Positions 1 to 8,633 of a stretch of DNA of 36,839 bases are shown here, in pieces (position 1 is the first letter of the stretch; each line of letters starts with the position of its first letter). The DNA is taken from positions 2,792 to 39,630 of the forward strand of contig JANXCJ010000001.1 of NCBI GenBank assembly GCA_025060275.1, written 5' to 3'. The position numbers and the translations under genes are program-made. The notes under the pieces are model-generated. The model saw nothing but the letters and a program-made list of their open reading frames with translations. It was not told the origin of the DNA and made no database searches. Origin of the DNA: Bacteroidia bacterium. GTDB lineage: Bacteria; Bacteroidota; Bacteroidia; SpSt-205.

Positions 1-140
1 TGCTTCAACGAATACAGAGTCAGTGGCCCGAGTGGCGTAAAATAACATTTGCTGATTTTGTTATTGTAAATGACGGCTATCTACCCCTTGCTCCCCAGAT
101 TAGTTATCTATTCCGCCATCTGAAGCTACCATTTCCCCCC

Positions 141-148
141 TAAATTTG
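141..148 (+). promoter_or_regulatory. -7 box TAAATTTG (Bacteroidota TAnnTTTG type), 4 nt before the corA GTG
   Basis: Exact TAnnTTTG match at 141-148, spacer ctca, GTG at 153. The same box-N4-start layout recurs at 1175, 15636, 32477 and 34289. Confidence 0.5.
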
Positions 149-152
149 CTCA

Positions 153-1118
153 GTGCTGCGGGGGTATCGCTTTGGGCCCTATAAGCAGGTACGCTGGGAA
201 AACGAGGAAACTCTTGACTTCAATACTCTGGATGACTGCATCTGGGTAGATGCCTGTAACTTAAGTCCCAATCAACTTCAGAAATTAGAGGAGCATTTCA
301 ATATCCGTTTTCCCTCTAAGCAGGAGCAGCAAGAAATTGAAACAAGCTCACGCTATCAGGAGGAAAATGGGCAAACACGCATCGTGCTTAGACTCATTGA
401 GGTCAGACCCAGTGAAGAAGGATTGAACTTGAATGAACAGACCCTTAGTCTGATATGGAAAGAGAATAAGATATTTAGCTATAGAACAAATGGTAGCAGA
501 ACAATACAGGAACTGATCAAAAAGCTTAAGAATAAGCCTGACAACTTCCATGATTCTTTGGAATTACTCCTATCAATTTTTGGACAGATTGTTGATACTG
601 ACGCAGATAACATAGAACTAATCTCTCAGCACATATATAGAATTGCTACTTCTCTTCACGAAGTAGGCTTTGCAGAGCGGCAGCGCATCATCCTACAAAC
701 ACAAGCTCTGCAAGAATTTATTATTCGCATCCGAGAGGGTTTATTTGATATTCAGCGGGTGCTCTCCTCTATGATCCGCTCAACTCACCTCACAGATAAG
801 CCCCGAGATATCCTGAGAGCCCTTCTCAAGGATATAGCCTCCCTAATAGATCATACAAACTTTAGCTTTCAGCGGCTAGAATCTATACAAAACACTATAT
901 TGAGCCTTATAAATTTAGAGCAAAACAGAATAATAAAGATATTCACCGTTATTACAGTCGTTTTTATGCCACCCACACTAATAGCAAGTATCTACGGGAT
1001 GAATTTTCGCTATATGCCCGAGTTAGAATGGAAAATAGGATATGTCTTCGCTTGGGCTTTGATTGTGGGTTCTTCTATTTTTACCTTATTATACTTCCGC
1101 TGGAAAAAGTGGCTATAG
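153..1118 (+). CDS. corA: CorA-family magnesium/cobalt transporter
   Basis: 321 aa ORF. The C-terminus has two TM helices with the signature YGMNF (IYGMNFRYMPE) in the loop, preceded by a soluble N-terminal domain. GTG start sits behind a -7 box. Confidence 0.85.
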   Translation: MLRGYRFGPYKQVRWENEETLDFNTLDDCIWVDACNLSPNQLQKLEEHFNIRFPSKQEQQEIETSSRYQEENGQTRIVLRLIEVRPSEEGLNLNEQTLSLIWKENKIFSYRTNGSRTIQELIKKLKNKPDNFHDSLELLLSIFGQIVDTDADNIELISQHIYRIATSLHEVGFAERQRIILQTQALQEFIIRIREGLFDIQRVLSSMIRSTHLTDKPRDILRALLKDIASLIDHTNFSFQRLESIQNTILSLINLEQNRIIKIFTVITVVFMPPTLIASIYGMNFRYMPELEWKIGYVFAWALIVGSSIFTLLYFRWKKWL

Positions 1119-1174
1119 CTCTACTACGCAAGCCCTAATCTCAATTACTCACACCATCCCCTCAAAACTCAATA

Positions 1175-1182
1175 TAACTTTG
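1175..1182 (+). promoter_or_regulatory. -7 box TAACTTTG, 4 nt before the GTG at 1187
   Basis: Exact TAnnTTTG match, spacer gaca, then GTG. Confidence 0.5.
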
Positions 1183-1186
1183 GACA

Positions 1187-2431
1187 GTGCTTGCACTAGA
1201 CCCTGTACAGGAGCTGATAGGATTTGCTTGCTTGGGAGGATGGTTAGGATATATTTTCTATAGACTGGAATGGCATAGACAACCCATCTGGGTATATGGC
1301 ATACTGATAGCTAAGCTCTTTGGAGCATGGGCTTTCGGATGGGTATATGCAAACTACTATTGTCATGGAGATACTCTGAGAGCCTATCTAACTGCAAGCC
1401 GCCTAACATATTATCTATCGCACACACCACAAGTTGGACTAGCACTGATGCTGAGAGAATTATCTGCCTCATGGGAAGCTACCGGCTGGAAAGTTTTTTT
1501 CAGCGATACAAAACTCTACGGATACGATTACGACTGGAGCGAACCTTCAAACTATCGTTTCTACCGCCTACTGGTGCCATTTTATATTGGAGCTGGGGGA
1601 GGCTATTACGGCATGCAAGGTCTAATGGCGCTCGTGGGGGGGCTTTTAGGATATGCAGCGTATCAAAGATGGAATAAACTGATAGGGTTTCCGAAGTTCT
1701 TCTGGATTGTATGGTTTTTATGGCCCGGGGTAGTCTTCTGGTTTTCAGGCGTTTTGCGAGATACGCTTGTACTTCCCCTTATGTTATATGGGGCGGCATG
1801 GGTAGTCTCTGTAAAGCGATGGAGAGATATGGGAGGGGCACTGGCCTTAGTGGCTGTGGCGATCTTGCGTCCGGAGGCTTTCTTTTTAGGGACTGGTGTA
1901 GGACTTCTCTACCGCTTTCGCTATACCTGGTGGTTATTAGGTTTAGAAGCAGTTAGTGGGGGTATATTATTCGTCAAGTGGTTGGTTCCATGGGCTTACC
2001 AATACAGACAGGAAGCCCTAGACCCCGCTTTTTATCCCGAAGTAAGCAATGCAAGTGTCTTTCACGTGAACTTTGACTTATCCCTGCAAGGCATCTTTTT
2101 AGGGTGGCTAAGTAGCACCTTATATGGACTTTTTGGTCCGCTCCCCTGGCAAATCACTAAACCTATCGTAGTTTTATACGCCATAGAGGCTTGGATAGGT
2201 GGTAGCCTGATTACATACTGGACTGCGAGAGCATGGGTTAGCAAGGGGTGGAAATGGCCTTACGTATTGCTTTTAGCCATAGGTTTGTTTGTAGTAGGCT
2301 TCATAGCCATGGCAACACCTTACTGGGGCACCTTAGCACGACAACGCATTTATGGGATGTGCTGGATAGCCTTGGGATTAGGAGGGGCGGCTCAGGAGAG
2401 TCTGAAGAATCACAATGACCCCCTGAGCTAA
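1187..2431 (+). CDS. polytopic integral membrane protein, function unknown
   Basis: 414 aa ORF rich in W/Y/G/L with roughly 10 or more hydrophobic segments. I recognise no catalytic motif. The 3' end overlaps the convergent dehydrogenase gene by 54 nt. Confidence 0.6.
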   Translation: MLALDPVQELIGFACLGGWLGYIFYRLEWHRQPIWVYGILIAKLFGAWAFGWVYANYYCHGDTLRAYLTASRLTYYLSHTPQVGLALMLRELSASWEATGWKVFFSDTKLYGYDYDWSEPSNYRFYRLLVPFYIGAGGGYYGMQGLMALVGGLLGYAAYQRWNKLIGFPKFFWIVWFLWPGVVFWFSGVLRDTLVLPLMLYGAAWVVSVKRWRDMGGALALVAVAILRPEAFFLGTGVGLLYRFRYTWWLLGLEAVSGGILFVKWLVPWAYQYRQEALDPAFYPEVSNASVFHVNFDLSLQGIFLGWLSSTLYGLFGPLPWQITKPIVVLYAIEAWIGGSLITYWTARAWVSKGWKWPYVLLLAIGLFVVGFIAMATPYWGTLARQRIYGMCWIALGLGGAAQESLKNHNDPLS

Positions 2432-3328
2432 GCGAAATTCACTTTCTTCACTACTCCCTGCGATGTGTGGAGTAATCAAGACTGAAGGATGGAGGCGCAG
2501 AAAGTCCCATGCCTCTTGTTCTTGGGGAGGCAGCCGCTCAGGCGGTTCTTGAGGCAGGGTATCCAGAGCAGCCCCCCATATCCTTCCCTCTTTGAAAGCC
2601 TTAGCTAGGGCAGAGAGAGAAACTATCTTTCCTCTTGCCGCATTAATTAGAGCTATAGGCTTGTGAAATCTTGCTAGAAACTGCTCGTTTATACATCCCT
2701 CGGTCTCCTCTGTGAGAGGGACATGCAAGGAGATGGCATCAGCCTCTTTCCAGAGGGTCTCCAACCCCACCTCCAGAATCCCATGGCCACTAAATCCTGC
2801 TTTGTACTTATCGTAAGCCAAGACTCTGGCGCCTAACTGCTTGAGTAAGTACGCAGTTCGGCTTCCATTATTTCCAAACCCTATGATACCTACTGTCAGA
2901 GAGGACAATTCTTTCCCTATGAAAGAGTGCCGCTTCCACTCATTGTGCTCTCTAAGCATATGATGAGCTGGCAGCATTTTATGGCATAGAAGAATCAGTG
3001 CTGCTACTACATATTCAGCCACAGCTGCAGCATTTGCTTGAGGAGTTGAAAATAACAATATACCACGCTCTTCTAAGGCTCTCTTGTCAATATGCTCTAT
3101 CCCCGAACCCGCTCTTATGATGTATTTTAGCCTTGTAGTGTGGCGGAGAAGCTCAGAGGTTACCTTAGGCACACCCCGCATAATCCAGATGTCCGCCTCA
3201 GGGAGTAAAGAAAGAAACTCTCTCCTGTTAGGTGAATCAATATGGTGAATCGTAATGTCAGACCAACTACTAAGTGTTTGTAAGAGATGGGGATGATAGG
3301 ATTCGGTGAGAAGTATTACAGAAGCCAT
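2378..3328 (-). CDS. D-isomer-specific 2-hydroxyacid dehydrogenase family protein (phosphoglycerate/glyoxylate reductase-like)
   Basis: NAD-binding GIIGFGNNGSRTA (GxGxxG). The C-terminal catalytic region has ARG..V and TPHIAGSSEE. The ORF is open to 3418, but the family-typical N-terminus MASVILL starts at 3328. Confidence 0.8.
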   Translation of the reverse strand: MASVILLTESYHPHLLQTLSSWSDITIHHIDSPNRREFLSLLPEADIWIMRGVPKVTSELLRHTTRLKYIIRAGSGIEHIDKRALEERGILLFSTPQANAAAVAEYVVAALILLCHKMLPAHHMLREHNEWKRHSFIGKELSSLTVGIIGFGNNGSRTAYLLKQLGARVLAYDKYKAGFSGHGILEVGLETLWKEADAISLHVPLTEETEGCINEQFLARFHKPIALINAARGKIVSLSALAKAFKEGRIWGAALDTLPQEPPERLPPQEQEAWDFLRLHPSVLITPHIAGSSEESEFRLAQGVIVILQTLLSRPS

Positions 3329-3857
3329 AGTATAGAAGCGTGTGGGCGAGAGTCTGGAGATTGTAAGTATTTTGAACCAACTCTTGGGGAGATAATGTGA
3401 GGAGTATGAGATGCTCATTAGTCTGGGTATTTCTGTCTATGCCTCGGGCATAAGCTTTTAGAACAGCGAGAGGGACGGGAATTTTTGCCGCATAAAAATA
3501 CCCGGCTTCATTCCAAAAGGCAGGCGAAGGATATAGAGAGTGAGGAGTAAGTAGTTGAAGGTCTTCAGGAAGCAGAAGCCATCCTGTTTCCTCGGCTACT
3601 TCCCGAATAGCAGCTTGTAGAGGGGTTTCGTCAGCATCAACCATACCCGCAGGATGTTCATAAAAGGGCTCGGGCGCTGTGGGCCGCTCTTGCTTCACTA
3701 TGAGAAATGCCTCTTCTCCACAAGAGGAAATTAGGTGCAAGCACACCGCTGCAAACTTCCCCCGATGAACAACAAGAAACTTCTGCCCCTTTTGATCAGT
3801 AACTTCCTCTACTTGTATGAGGGGATGGTGCCAGAGCACTTGCTTAGTTTCACTCAT
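3270..3857 (-). CDS. NUDIX hydrolase
   Basis: Nudix box GMVDADETPLQAAIREVAEETGW matches Gx5Ex7REUxEExGU. 195 aa. Confidence 0.8.
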   Translation of the reverse strand: MSETKQVLWHHPLIQVEEVTDQKGQKFLVVHRGKFAAVCLHLISSCGEEAFLIVKQERPTAPEPFYEHPAGMVDADETPLQAAIREVAEETGWLLLPEDLQLLTPHSLYPSPAFWNEAGYFYAAKIPVPLAVLKAYARGIDRNTQTNEHLILLTLSPQELVQNTYNLQTLAHTLLYYGFCNTSHRILSSPSLTNT

Positions 3858-4458
3858 GATTGGAGGACTTAGATGGCACAGAGGGCGTAATGAGACCGCC
3901 TGCCACTACAAATCGGAGAGCATCTGCACTCTTCATCCCTAATTCGCTCACCTGCTCAGGAGATACAAGTAGAAGGTTTCCCATAAAGCTAAAAGAATAG
4001 GGTAGATACACCGCTACGAGAGGCTTATTCGGTAAGGGGCAAGTATGAGTCAAAAAGCCAATGTGATAGACAGGTACGGTGGGGTCTGGCTGTACCAACA
4101 CAGGTCTATCAAAGCGAAAGGAACGCCTAGAGTCGTCTATCAGTTCCCTTATAGAAGCGTAGATAAAACCTATAAGCGGGATTTTTCGGATTCTTTCTTC
4201 AACACCCGCGATAAGAGTAGGCCCTAACCAGTGAGTGCTTATGTATCCCAACACAGTTAGTCCCACTATCAGCAGAAGAATACCTAATCCCGGAAACCCC
4301 ACAGGAAGTATGCTATCTATGGCATCTAAAAGAAACCAGAGAAGATAAAAGGTAACGATAGCAGGTAAAAATAAGATCACGCCTCGTATAAAGTACCTGA
4401 CAAAGAGTCCGATAAGTTTCCTAAGTAGAATAAGAAATCTCATCAGAAGAATGTCCAT
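3850..4458 (-). CDS. DUF502-family membrane protein
   Basis: 202 aa with two N-terminal TM helices followed by a conserved soluble part (PLIGFIY..IRE). The architecture is typical of DUF502. The start is uncertain; an alternative ATG lies at 4443. Confidence 0.6.
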   Translation of the reverse strand: MDILLMRFLILLRKLIGLFVRYFIRGVILFLPAIVTFYLLWFLLDAIDSILPVGFPGLGILLLIVGLTVLGYISTHWLGPTLIAGVEERIRKIPLIGFIYASIRELIDDSRRSFRFDRPVLVQPDPTVPVYHIGFLTHTCPLPNKPLVAVYLPYSFSFMGNLLLVSPEQVSELGMKSADALRFVVAGGLITPSVPSKSSNHE

Positions 4459-5443
4459 TTGAAGCAGAAGATTCTAAATTACGCAGAAGGCGAGGTAATC
4501 GTCCCATAGAGGCAATCTCCCGCCAAGCCTTCTTGACTTCCTTTGCGACGAAGCCAAAGTATACCTTAGCTCCCTCTAACGAGGTCAAAACTCCTGATTT
4601 AGCTAGTACAGTGGCTCTCGCCCCTATCCGAATGCCACTGGGTATACCTACCTGACCCCATAAAATAACCCCATCTTCAATTACACACGCACCTGCAATT
4701 CCTACCTGAGCCGCTATTTGACAATTTCTCCCGATAAAAGTATCATGGCCTATTTGTACCAAATTGTCTATCTTTGTGTGATCTCCAATATAGGTATCAG
4801 AGGTAACCCCCTTATCTATGGTGGTATTAGCCCCAATTTCCACAAAGTCTCCAATTACTACTCGTCCTTTACTCAGTAATCTTTCCGAGCCGCTGGATGT
4901 CCTTTTGTAATAAAATGCTTCACCCCCAATCACACAGCCTGACTGGATGACTACATTCCTGCCGATATGCGTATAGGCACCAATGGTAACATTGGGATGA
5001 ATGATAGTATCCCGTCCGATGTAACAGTAAGGACCTATTACGACATTATGCCCAATGTGGCAGCCTGGCTCTATATAAGTATGATGTCCAATTACCACAT
5101 TCTGTCCTAAGATTACATTTTCAAAATTCGGCTGGACAGAGGAGAAGGTAGGAAGAATAGAGGGCTGGAAATATTCCAAAAGGCGATTGAAGTCACGAAA
5201 GGGAAAACGACTAATTAGTAGGGCTTTACCAGCAGGGGCTTCCACTTCTTGATTGAGGATTATTGCGGATGCAGGACTCTCTAAGGCTTTTTTGAGATAC
5301 TTCGGTACATCAGTGAAAGTAAGGTCACCAGGCGTTACTTTGTGAATCTCATTGATACCATATATACGAATCTCTGGATCACCCACTAAAGAGCAGCCTA
5401 AAATCTCGGCTATCTCACGGGCTGTATGTACAGGTATCTTCAT
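4421..5443 (-). CDS. lpxD: UDP-3-O-acylglucosamine N-acyltransferase
   Basis: 340 aa. LpxD-type N-terminal domain (EIAEILG..LVGD), then a long run of hexapeptide repeats (IG.N..IG...) forming a left-handed beta-helix. Confidence 0.88.
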   Translation of the reverse strand: MKIPVHTAREIAEILGCSLVGDPEIRIYGINEIHKVTPGDLTFTDVPKYLKKALESPASAIILNQEVEAPAGKALLISRFPFRDFNRLLEYFQPSILPTFSSVQPNFENVILGQNVVIGHHTYIEPGCHIGHNVVIGPYCYIGRDTIIHPNVTIGAYTHIGRNVVIQSGCVIGGEAFYYKRTSSGSERLLSKGRVVIGDFVEIGANTTIDKGVTSDTYIGDHTKIDNLVQIGHDTFIGRNCQIAAQVGIAGACVIEDGVILWGQVGIPSGIRIGARATVLAKSGVLTSLEGAKVYFGFVAKEVKKAWREIASMGRLPRLLRNLESSASNGHSSDEISYST

Positions 5444-5982
5444 ATACCCTCAAAGTTTTTCCAATACATAGAGGGAATAGGTAGGGGATCGCGATGGGTG
5501 TATTTGGCTTTAGGCTGAGCATAATACTGCATGGTGGCTGAATCTCCTAAAGTAAAAAAGATAAGTTGTCCGATAGGCATGCCTGCATAGATTTTTACAG
5601 GGTGGAGAACCGATATTTCTAAGGTCCAGTGGTTACAAAATCCTACATCCCCTTTGCTAGCAGTAGCATGAATTTGTATTCCTAGGCGCCCTATGCTGCT
5701 TTTTCCTTCTAAGAAAGGTACATAAGCATGACTCTCAGTGTATTCTTCCGTAACACCCAAATAAAGGACGCCTGGAATAAGGAAAAGACCCTTCGGCGGT
5801 ATTTTGATCAAAGAAGAGGAATGGGCACGACGAGCATCTAAAACCGGCGTAGCATACACACGCAGGTAAGGGCCCAAATGAACATCATAGCTGTTGCTTC
5901 CTAAGGCTTCTCTGCGGAAGGGCTCTATGTGAATCTCACGCTTTTCTATGGCAGCGAGAATCTGCTTATCTGAAAGGATCAT
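5440..5982 (-). CDS. dcd: dCTP deaminase
   Basis: 180 aa. N-terminus MILSDKQILAAIE..I.I.PF and the body (SSIGRLGI, NHWTLEI) are typical of Dcd. There are ATGA overlaps with both neighbours. Confidence 0.88.
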   Translation of the reverse strand: MILSDKQILAAIEKREIHIEPFRREALGSNSYDVHLGPYLRVYATPVLDARRAHSSSLIKIPPKGLFLIPGVLYLGVTEEYTESHAYVPFLEGKSSIGRLGIQIHATASKGDVGFCNHWTLEISVLHPVKIYAGMPIGQLIFFTLGDSATMQYYAQPKAKYTHRDPLPIPSMYWKNFEGI

Positions 5983-6521
5983 ATTTTCTCAGCAATCTTT
6001 GCCACCCATGAAACCTCCTTTGAATAAGAGGGGGAAGAAAACATAGAGGAAGACGGAGCGGGAGAAGGTGTAAGAGGACTCTTTGTGAATTGGTCCAATT
6101 TCTCCAACTGCAGAGTAAGAAAAGAGCGAAGCTCCAACAAAATATCTTGTTTGCGCTGCTGGAGAGCCTGAATGGATTGCTCTATTTCTTCTTTTTTTCG
6201 TTGGAGGTTAGCAAGGACCTCTTCTGCCTTCTGGCGAGCCTCTTGAAGGATAAGAGCAGCGTTTTTCTCTGCATTCTGAAGAGTAATGCGACTATTCTCT
6301 TCTGCCTGTAAGAGGGTCCTTTGAAGAAGAGCCTCCATTTCTTTGTATCGGTTCAGCTCGGAAGTCAATTGCTCTACCTTTTGGCGGAGAGCATGACGGT
6401 CATCCAAGAGATTACCCCACTCTTGGGCTACCCTTCTGAGAAAAGTGCGTACTTCATCGGGGTCATAGCCTCGGAGAGCTCGGTTGAAGCTCTGATTTTG
6501 GATGTCCATGGGGGTAAGCAT
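5979..6521 (-). CDS. DivIVA domain-containing coiled-coil protein
   Basis: N-terminus MLTPMDIQNQSFNRALRGYDPDEVRTFL is the DivIVA signature. The remainder is heptad-rich coiled coil. Confidence 0.8.
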   Translation of the reverse strand: MLTPMDIQNQSFNRALRGYDPDEVRTFLRRVAQEWGNLLDDRHALRQKVEQLTSELNRYKEMEALLQRTLLQAEENSRITLQNAEKNAALILQEARQKAEEVLANLQRKKEEIEQSIQALQQRKQDILLELRSFLTLQLEKLDQFTKSPLTPSPAPSSSMFSSPSYSKEVSWVAKIAEKI

Positions 6522-6539
6522 ATAGCTTGACTACTTAGG

Positions 6540-6547
6540 CAAATATA
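6540..6547 (-). promoter_or_regulatory. -7 box TATATTTG upstream of the divIVA-dcd-lpxD operon
   Basis: Minus strand reads TATATTTG, then 18 nt to the ATG at 6521. Confidence 0.4.
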
Positions 6548-6562
6548 TCAAAAATCGCTCCT

Positions 6563-7843
6563 CTACACCCCTATCGGGATAAGGGCAGGCTTAGCGTGCT
6601 TTTCAAATTCTGAGCGATACTTTTGGACGATGGCCCTAATAGGCCATACGGCTGCATCTGCGAGGGCACATATAGTCCTTCCCTCTATTTGATTAGCAAC
6701 TGAAAGAAGTCTATCTATATCTGCATAAGTAGCGGTGCCTTCTAAAAAACGATACAAAATCTGCTTCATCCAGCCTGTGCCTTCCCTGCAAGGGGTACAC
6801 TGGCCGCATGATTCATGCTTATAGAATGCCGCAATTCTATATGCAAAACGCACCATGTCTGTATCTTCATCCAGTATGAGCATGCCTGCAGTGCCCATCA
6901 TTGAGCCTACCTTACGTAGGGCCTCAGCTGTCATGCGCGTGCCTTCTATCTCTTGAGGAGTTAAGATGGGAGTTGAGGCACCACCTGGGACGACTCCTTT
7001 GAGCTTCTTCCCATGCCGTATTCCACCCCCTACTTCATAGACAAGGTCTGTAATTAACATCCCACTGGGATATTCATACACACCAGGACGCTGAATGTGT
7101 CCAGAAAGCCCGTATAAAACAGGACCAGGATGTTCTGGCGCACCGATTTGAGTGTAGGTAGTAGCCCCCATGCGTAGTACTAATGGCACATGAGCAAGCG
7201 TCTCCACATTGTTTATGGTGGTAGGACAGTCCCACAATCCCCGTTGCGCAGGGAAGGGAGGTTTGTAGCGAGGATAAGCCCGTTTCCCCTCTAAGGATTC
7301 CATAAGCCCTGTTTCTTCTCCACATATGTAAGCCCCTGCTCCTTTGTGTATGTACATTTGTGTGGAAAAATCAGTGCCTAATATTTTCTCTCCTATATAG
7401 CCTCTCGCATAGGCCTGATTCACAGCAGCTTGTAGACGATCTATCCAATCTGCATACTCACCTCTAATATAAACATAAATAGCATCTATTTGCATAGCGT
7501 AAGCCGCTATTAGGGCTCCCTCTATGAAAAGGTGAGGATTAAACTCAAAGATTCTCCTATCCTTGCAAGTGCCTGGTTCAGACTCATCGCCGTTAGCGGC
7601 GAGGTAGCGGCGTACCCCTTCTTTTTTGGGAGGCATGAAGCTCCATTTCAAGCCTGCGTTGAAGCCTGCTCCGCCCCGCCCCCTAATATTAGCAGCCTTA
7701 ATTTCCTCTATAACCTGAGAAGGGGTCATTTCTTTGAGTACCCTTTTCAACTGCCCATATCCTCCATGAGCTTCATAGATGCTAATATCATGTAAGTTAG
7801 GTATCTTAGGAAGGAGAAGAGGTTTATAGCTGCGCCATTCCAT
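6563..7843 (-). CDS. nuoF: NADH-quinone oxidoreductase subunit F (NuoF/51 kDa-type flavoprotein)
   Basis: 426 aa. FMN/NADH site GRGGAGF, and the N3 4Fe-4S motif ESCGQCTPCREG plus a later C. No other nuo genes are adjacent. Confidence 0.85.
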   Translation of the reverse strand: MEWRSYKPLLLPKIPNLHDISIYEAHGGYGQLKRVLKEMTPSQVIEEIKAANIRGRGGAGFNAGLKWSFMPPKKEGVRRYLAANGDESEPGTCKDRRIFEFNPHLFIEGALIAAYAMQIDAIYVYIRGEYADWIDRLQAAVNQAYARGYIGEKILGTDFSTQMYIHKGAGAYICGEETGLMESLEGKRAYPRYKPPFPAQRGLWDCPTTINNVETLAHVPLVLRMGATTYTQIGAPEHPGPVLYGLSGHIQRPGVYEYPSGMLITDLVYEVGGGIRHGKKLKGVVPGGASTPILTPQEIEGTRMTAEALRKVGSMMGTAGMLILDEDTDMVRFAYRIAAFYKHESCGQCTPCREGTGWMKQILYRFLEGTATYADIDRLLSVANQIEGRTICALADAAVWPIRAIVQKYRSEFEKHAKPALIPIGV

Positions 7844-7865
7844 ATTCGCTTTTGTATAACATTTT

Positions 7866-8633
7866 TTATTCAGGCAGGGTCTTACTATGAAGAGCTTGCG
7901 CGATAGAGATGAAAGATTCGGCTTTCAGGCTGGCCCCACCCACTAGTCCCCCATCTACATCAGGTTGAGCAAAAATATCAGGGGCATTTTCAGGCTTTAA
8001 GCTCCCTCCGTATAGGATGGGGATTTTTTCAACTGGAGCTCCTAAGTCTTGGAGAATTGTACGAAGGTAGCTATGAGCTTCCTGTGCCTGAGCCGGCGTA
8101 GCATTTATGCCCGTTCCAATCGCCCATACAGGTTCATAAGCTAAGGCTAACTTTTCCCACAGAATAGGAATGCCTTGCATAACCTCTTCTATTTGTCTTT
8201 TCAGGACCAGCAGTGTCTTGCCTTGCTTTCGCTCCTCCAAAGTTTCTCCTACACAGTAGATTACTGATAAGCCTCTCTGCTGAGCCGCTTGAATCTTCTG
8301 CTGAAGAAAATCGGAGGTCTCTTGAAAGTATAATCTTCTCTCCGAGTGCCCCACGAGTAGCCACTGCGCACCACAAGCCGCAATCTGAGCTGTGGAGACT
8401 TCTCCAGTAAAAGCACCAAATTCGCCAGGGTAACCATTTTGAGCACCTACTTGAAGGCTACTCCCCTCTACAAGCTGCAATACCTCACGAAGATATAAGA
8501 GAGGGGGAAAGAGCACTGTAGGCAATTGGCAGAGAGAAGAGTTTAGCCATTCAGCTTTGAGCTGCAGTGTAAGCCTCTGAGCCTCCTGAGGGTATAAATG
8601 CATTTTCCAGTTTGCTGCTAAAAGGAGTCTCAT
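7866..8633 (-). CDS. tpiA: triosephosphate isomerase
   Basis: 255 aa. ANWKM near the N-terminus, catalytic VGHSERR, AYEPVWAIGTG and GGASL. Confidence 0.9.
   Translation of the reverse strand: MRLLLAANWKMHLYPQEAQRLTLQLKAEWLNSSLCQLPTVLFPPLLYLREVLQLVEGSSLQVGAQNGYPGEFGAFTGEVSTAQIAACGAQWLLVGHSERRLYFQETSDFLQQKIQAAQQRGLSVIYCVGETLEERKQGKTLLVLKRQIEEVMQGIPILWEKLALAYEPVWAIGTGINATPAQAQEAHSYLRTILQDLGAPVEKIPILYGGSLKPENAPDIFAQPDVDGGLVGGASLKAESFISIAQALHSKTLPE

Noticed and set aside
1-45. A possible 3' end of a plus-strand gene, reading ...CFNEYRVSGPSGVK-stop.
   Set aside because: Only 14 codons are visible. Neither coding status nor identity can be supported.
3329-3418. Longer N-terminal extensions given by the ORF track: the dehydrogenase to 3418, DUF4340 to 17917, S74 paralogue 2 from 21838, the EGF lipoprotein to 29196 and the epimerase to 32430.
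   Set aside because: In each case an internal ATG gives the family-typical N-terminus or a proper signal peptide. That ATG is also supported by an ATGA overlap or a -7 box 6-20 nt upstream. The extensions would bury signal peptides or overlap upstream genes or terminators.
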